64,000 nt of DNA from positions 94,364,001 through 94,428,000 of the forward strand of contig OZ024742.1 in NCBI GenBank assembly GCA_964016885.1, read 5' to 3'. The position numbers and the translations under genes are program-made. Source of the stretch: Eledone cirrhosa (lineage: Eukaryota). Below, piece after piece: positions 59,756 through 64,000 of the stretch. Numbering within the stretch: the stretch's first letter is position 1; each line of letters begins with the position of its first letter. Under the pieces are notes generated by a model that was given only the letters and a program-made list of their open reading frames with translations, did not search any database and was not told the origin of the DNA.

Positions 59756-62700
59756 TATCATCATCATCATCATCATCAACGTTTAACGTCCGTGTTCCAC
59801 GCTTGCATGGGTTTGGACGGGGGTAGTCCCACTTGAGGCAAGAGTGATTGTCTTGCTCGCATAGGACTGTCTGGCAGGTTTTCTACAGTTGGATGCCCTT
59901 CCTAACACTAACCACATTTACAGTGTGGGTCTGGGAGGTTTTTACCGTGTTGCCTACACGGCCACATTACAGCGTGGGCTGTGTGTTTTTTTGTCGTGAC
60001 ACCTACACGATCTCATTTGTTTCGGCCTATGGCGCGGCACCAACATAACTTTACATAGAACGGGGTGGTGTGGATGGGGTGGGGGTGGGGGTGGTGGGAC
60101 GGGTGTATTTTGTTAGAGATGCCTACTGGTTGGAGTAGGTTTTACTATATATTTAGGTAAGGCGGGTCTTCTCTGTTACTGAGTACCGCCAAAGGTCTCG
60201 GTCCAGTGACATTGTCTTGGAGAGGTGTAAGTGTGTGATGTCGGAGTTTATCAGCTCGTCCCAGGTTTTTCTAGGTCTGCCTATTCCGTGGCTACCGTCT
60301 ATCTTTATTGCCCTGCACTTTGTTATACAGCTATCGACTTTCATGTGCATCACGTGTCCATACCAACGTAGCCTTCTCTCGAGTAAACAACATCTGATCC
60401 CTCTTATCTCTAATTTTTTCCTTAGTTCGTTTATGCTTTGCCGTTCACGTATATTACTGTTACACATCCAGCGGAGCATGCAAGCTTCGTTCCTCTCTAG
60501 TCTGCGTATATCCTCTGCACACAATGCCCAGGTCTCACTGCCATGCAGCATTGCTGTTCGTATGCAGGCATCGTACAACCTGCCTTTCATTTTTAGGAAG
60601 AACCCTTTTGCAGCTAATAGTGGTATAAGCTCTCTGAACTTTTTCCAACCAGTTCTGACTCTAGCTACAGTACTTTCAGAGCACCCTCCCCCACTGCTGA
60701 TTTTATCACCCAGGTAACGGAAGCTGTCCACTATTTCTATAGAACGCTCTGCGCAATTGAAAGAGCTAGTATTTTGTGGGCACTTGCTGCTACTTATTGC
60801 ACCAGAACACCGGCCACATGTAAAATCTATGTTCTTAGTTAGCTTACCTGTGATCCCACTACATCTTTTATGCACCCATACTTTGCATTTAGGACATAAA
60901 ATGGAGTTTCTACCTACGCCTTTCCTACACACCGAGCACGACCATTTCCCAGAAGGGACCGCCGCCTTGTTTTCTTTCCTACAAACTAGAACTTTGGTCT
61001 TAGCCAGGTTAATTTTAAGTCCTTTTGACTCTAGGCCGTGCTTCCATGTTTGGAATTTCTTCTCTAGCTCGGCCATTGATTCCGCTATGAGTGTCAGGTC
61101 GTCTGCGTATAGGAGTTCCCATGGGCAGCCTGTCTTGAACTCCTCTGTTATAGCCTGAAGGGCAATAATAAATAGTAGGGGGCTGAGAACAGAGCCCTGA
61201 TGGACGCCAACTTTTACGCTAAACTCTTCACTATATTCGTTGTTAATTCTAACCTTGCTGACTGTTTCTTTATACATGGCTTGTATAGCCCTCACAAGCC
61301 ATTCGTCAACGCCTAGTTTTCTAAGAGCCCACCAGATAATGGAGCGGGGGACTCTGTCGAAGGCTTTCTCCAAGTCGACAAAAGCTAAGTAGAGGGGTTT
61401 ACCTTTAGCTAGGTACTTCTCCTGTAGTTGTCGTACTATGAGAAGAGCGTCTGTGGTACTTTTGCCTGACACAAACCCGAACTGCATTTCATCTAGGTCG
61501 ATTCTCTCTCTGATTAGTTGCGCTATTACTTTTTCCGTGACCTTCATGACCTGGTCGATTAATTTAATGCCTCTATAGTTACTCCTATCTAGGGCGTCTC
61601 CTTTACCCTTATAACAGTTAACGATGATGCTGCTATGCCAGTCCTTCGGAACAACCCCATTCTGTACGACTTGGTTAACTATGCGGGTGACCATGGTGTG
61701 TCCCACCGTGCCAGATGCCTTCAGCATCTCAGCAACTATTTCCGAAGGCCCAGCCGCCTTACCCGTCTTCATATCCTTGATTGCCTTACTTATTATACTC
61801 CCCTCGACTAACACTGCTGGTCCCTCTATTGGGTCGATATGGGGGAGACTGTCTTTGTCCCATTTATTCTCCTCATTTAGTAGCCTTTCGTAGTGACACT
61901 TCCAAGCTACCTTCTTATCAGCGTCGGTGATGGCAAGTGTGCCATCGTCGTTTAGTACACACTTCTCCCCGACAATATCACGGTTTTCCTTGACGCATTG
62001 CCTAGCAATCCTGAACACCTCACGTTTTTGGTCATCGCGTTGTAGAACATGCTTGAACTTTCTTTCCTCAGCTTCCCTTCTTGCTAAGTACACTTGTCTC
62101 CTAGCTTCCCTCCTGGCCACTTGATAGTCTTCTCTACTTCCCCCATCCCGCCTTACTTTCCAAGCCTGCTTTTTGGCCTTAATTGACCCCTCCACCTTAC
62201 TGTTCCACCACCATGTTACTCTCCTCCTGCCTACAGGCCTGCTCCAGCCACAGACTTCGTCTGTCGCCAACAGCAGGTTTGCTTTCAGAAATTCCCACTC
62301 TCCCTCTATATTGTCCGACTCTAAATGTTCTTCCTTACTGTCGAAAGCATCAAGTAATATGCTTTGAAATTTATTCCTGGCTGTGGGGTCCTTTAGCTTC
62401 CATATTTTTCTCCTGAGGATAGTCCTCTTCTGCTGTCGAGTACGTCTCGTCCTGACTATGAGGTCGCTAATTATCAGTCTATGTTGGGAGGTGCATTCTT
62501 CATGGGGGAGGGATTTGGTGTTTACAACAGACACTCTGTCACGTCTTCTGGTAAGGATATAATCTACCTGGCTTGTGTGTTCCCCGGATCTATAGGTGAT
62601 CAGGTGATTGTCACGTTTTTTGAAGTTAGTGTTACAGATAGTTAGGTTATTTGCATCACAGAATTCCAGGATTCTGGAGCCTTCCTCATTTCTAGTACCA

Positions 62701-63485
62701 AACCCATAGCCTCCATGGATTTCGTCGTAGCCGTCACAATGTTGTCCAACGTGACCATTTAGGTCGCCTGCAATAATTATATAGTCACTGTGGGATATTT
62801 GGGAGGTAATTAGCATCAGTGTCTCATAGAATCTGTCTTTTATAGTGCCGGGCAGTCCGGATTGGGGTGCGTACGCAGATATTACTGTCACCGTAGTTCT
62901 ATTGAGGACAAGTCGTATTTTAATTATTCTGTCGTTCACTCTATTTACGTCTATTATCTTATCTGCCCACTTTTCCGCTACCATGATTCCTACTCCACCC
63001 AGCCCATCGTCGTTTCCCACCCAGAAAAGCTTATAACATCGTTTTTTACCCTCAATGAATCTAGCAGACCCACCCCTCCACCTGGTCTCTTGAATACAAC
63101 AAACATCGACCTCCTTACGTTCAAGCATTTCTACAACCTCGTTAGCGCGACCCTTTAGGGTGCCTACATTTATGGTACCAACTCTGAAGTTTTGGATTGC
63201 GTTTGGGGGTTGGGGGCGGTGGGGGGCGGGGGGCGATGGGGTTATGTTAGCCGTCCGCGGTCGAAACAATGAGGAGTGCTCGCATTCTCGTCCAAGAGGT
63301 GAACTTGTCTTTATCTTTGGCATTGCCGCTGAGCGTCCAGATTTTTCTCTCTCTCTCCTCCACTTTCCAGGATTCCGCAGTCCATCCATCCATCCATCAT
63401 ATATCGAAAGGCAAGCGATAGTATAGGCCTCTGGCTTCTGATTGGTCCGCGTAATAATAATACTGGTGATGCGTGGGGGCTCTGG

Positions 63486-63487
<2 letters not shown>
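59756..63487 (-). mobile_element. Full-length, apparently intact RTE-clade LINE
   Basis: Short 5'UTR, single uninterrupted ORF, 3'UTR, (GAT)n tail at 59757-59778. Confidence 0.95.
60153..63389 (-). CDS. RTE LINE polyprotein: AP endonuclease, reverse transcriptase and internal PHD-like zinc finger
   Basis: 1078 aa. TINVGTL, IQETRW, YAPQ, GDLNGH, DYIL, SQH; [37 protein letters not shown]; CxxC..CxxC..HxxC..CxxC at 60807-60938. Confidence 0.95.
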   Translation of the reverse strand: MDGLRNPGKWRREREKSGRSAAMPKIKTSSPLGRECEHSSLFRPRTANITPSPPAPHRPQPPNAIQNFRVGTINVGTLKGRANEVVEMLERKEVDVCCIQETRWRGGSARFIEGKKRCYKLFWVGNDDGLGGVGIMVAEKWADKIIDVNRVNDRIIKIRLVLNRTTVTVISAYAPQSGLPGTIKDRFYETLMLITSQISHSDYIIIAGDLNGHVGQHCDGYDEIHGGYGFGTRNEEGSRILEFCDANNLTICNTNFKKRDNHLITYRSGEHTSQVDYILTRRRDRVSVVNTKSLPHEECTSQHRLIISDLIVRTRRTRQQKRTILRRKIWKLKDPTARNKFQSILLDAFDSKEEHLESDNIEGEWEFLKANLLLATDEVCGWSRPVGRRRVTWWWNSKVEGSIKAKKQAWKVRRDGGSREDYQVARREARRQVYLARREAEERKFKHVLQRDDQKREVFRIARQCVKENRDIVGEKCVLNDDGTLAITDADKKVAWKCHYERLLNEENKWDKDSLPHIDPIEGPAVLVEGSIISKAIKDMKTGKAAGPSEIVAEMLKASGTVGHTMVTRIVNQVVQNGVVPKDWHSSIIVNCYKGKGDALDRSNYRGIKLIDQVMKVTEKVIAQLIRERIDLDEMQFGFVSGKSTTDALLIVRQLQEKYLAKGKPLYLAFVDLEKAFDRVPRSIIWWALRKLGVDEWLVRAIQAMYKETVSKVRINNEYSEEFSVKVGVHQGSVLSPLLFIIALQAITEEFKTGCPWELLYADDLTLIAESMAELEKKFQTWKHGLESKGLKINLAKTKVLVCRKENKAAVPSGKWSCSVCRKGVGRNSILCPKCKVWVHKRCSGITGKLTKNIDFTCGRCSGAISSSKCPQNTSSFNCAERSIEIVDSFRYLGDKISSGGGCSESTVARVRTGWKKFRELIPLLAAKGFFLKMKGRLYDACIRTAMLHGSETWALCAEDIRRLERNEACMLRWMCNSNIRERQSINELRKKLEIRGIRCCLLERRLRWYGHVMHMKVDSCITKCRAIKIDGSHGIGRPRKTWDELINSDITHLHLSKTMSLDRDLWRYSVTEKTRLT

Positions 63488-63514
<27 letters not shown>

Positions 63515-63522
<8 letters not shown>

Positions 63523-64000
63523 ATACTTTGGGAGGGTCATGTTGCCAATAAAAAACACACGCACCAGTTGCTTTCACTTCTATTATATATTTATAAATTT
63601 ACAAATTTATAAATTTCTGGTTGGTTGGTTGGTTCCACAACCAGATAGTTGTTTATAAATATATAGTCATAGTTCTTTCGTCACACACTCTGTGACCTCT
63701 TCAGTGACTGGAGATTTCTTTCTTCGTTTCTGTGCCTTTCCTTTCTTCTATCCTACGCCATTTTGTTTGTGTGTGGGTTGCGTGCTCAGTTTGCGCATGC
63801 GCCACATCCGGGTGTCTGTGTGTGTTTGTGTTCATTTTTCTATTTTTCTATTTATATTTGTTTGTTTATTTATTTATTTATTGTTGGTTGGTTGTTTGTT
63901 CTATGTGTGTGTGTGTTTTCATTTTGTCTTGTGTGTGTTTTCATTTTGTGTGTGTTTTCAATTGTAAGTTGTTTGTTCTATGTGTGTGTGTGTTTTCATT
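63515..64000 (-). mobile_element. Divergent PLE family B pLTR, truncated by the window edge
   Basis: TTGTTATACTTTGGGAGGGTCAT terminus, CTACGCCAT and TGCGCATGCG motifs shared with 24880-25330. Confidence 0.65.

Noticed and set aside
60217-63426. Plus-strand ORFs antisense to the RTE ORF
   Set aside because: Shadow ORFs of the coding strand, with no independent support.

Overview
AT-rich eukaryotic DNA made almost entirely of repeats. The repeat types (huge (TA)n blocks, tRNA-derived SINEs, RTE LINEs) suggest a coleoid cephalopod such as octopus; that is inference. I cannot support a host gene. The window holds one apparently intact RTE-clade LINE (1078 aa; APE, RT and a PHD-like finger inside the RT) plus many decayed copies, two families of GIY-YIG Penelope-like elements (PLEs) in inverted arrangements, R4/Dong-like RLE LINE relics, mariner relics, two SINE families, and several short non-coding elements carrying hammerhead ribozyme (HHR) motifs. 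The most striking signal is a ~530-560 bp tandemly repeated non-coding element at 28.3-29.1 kb (+) and 23.5-24.1 kb (-). It carries all three hammerhead core strands in an order that matches none of types I, II or III. A covarying kink-turn helix appears to route the CUGAUGA strand back as a pseudoknot. This is a candidate new hammerhead topology, untested. All alignments and folds were done by eye, and element boundaries are approximate unless a TSD or TIR is cited.
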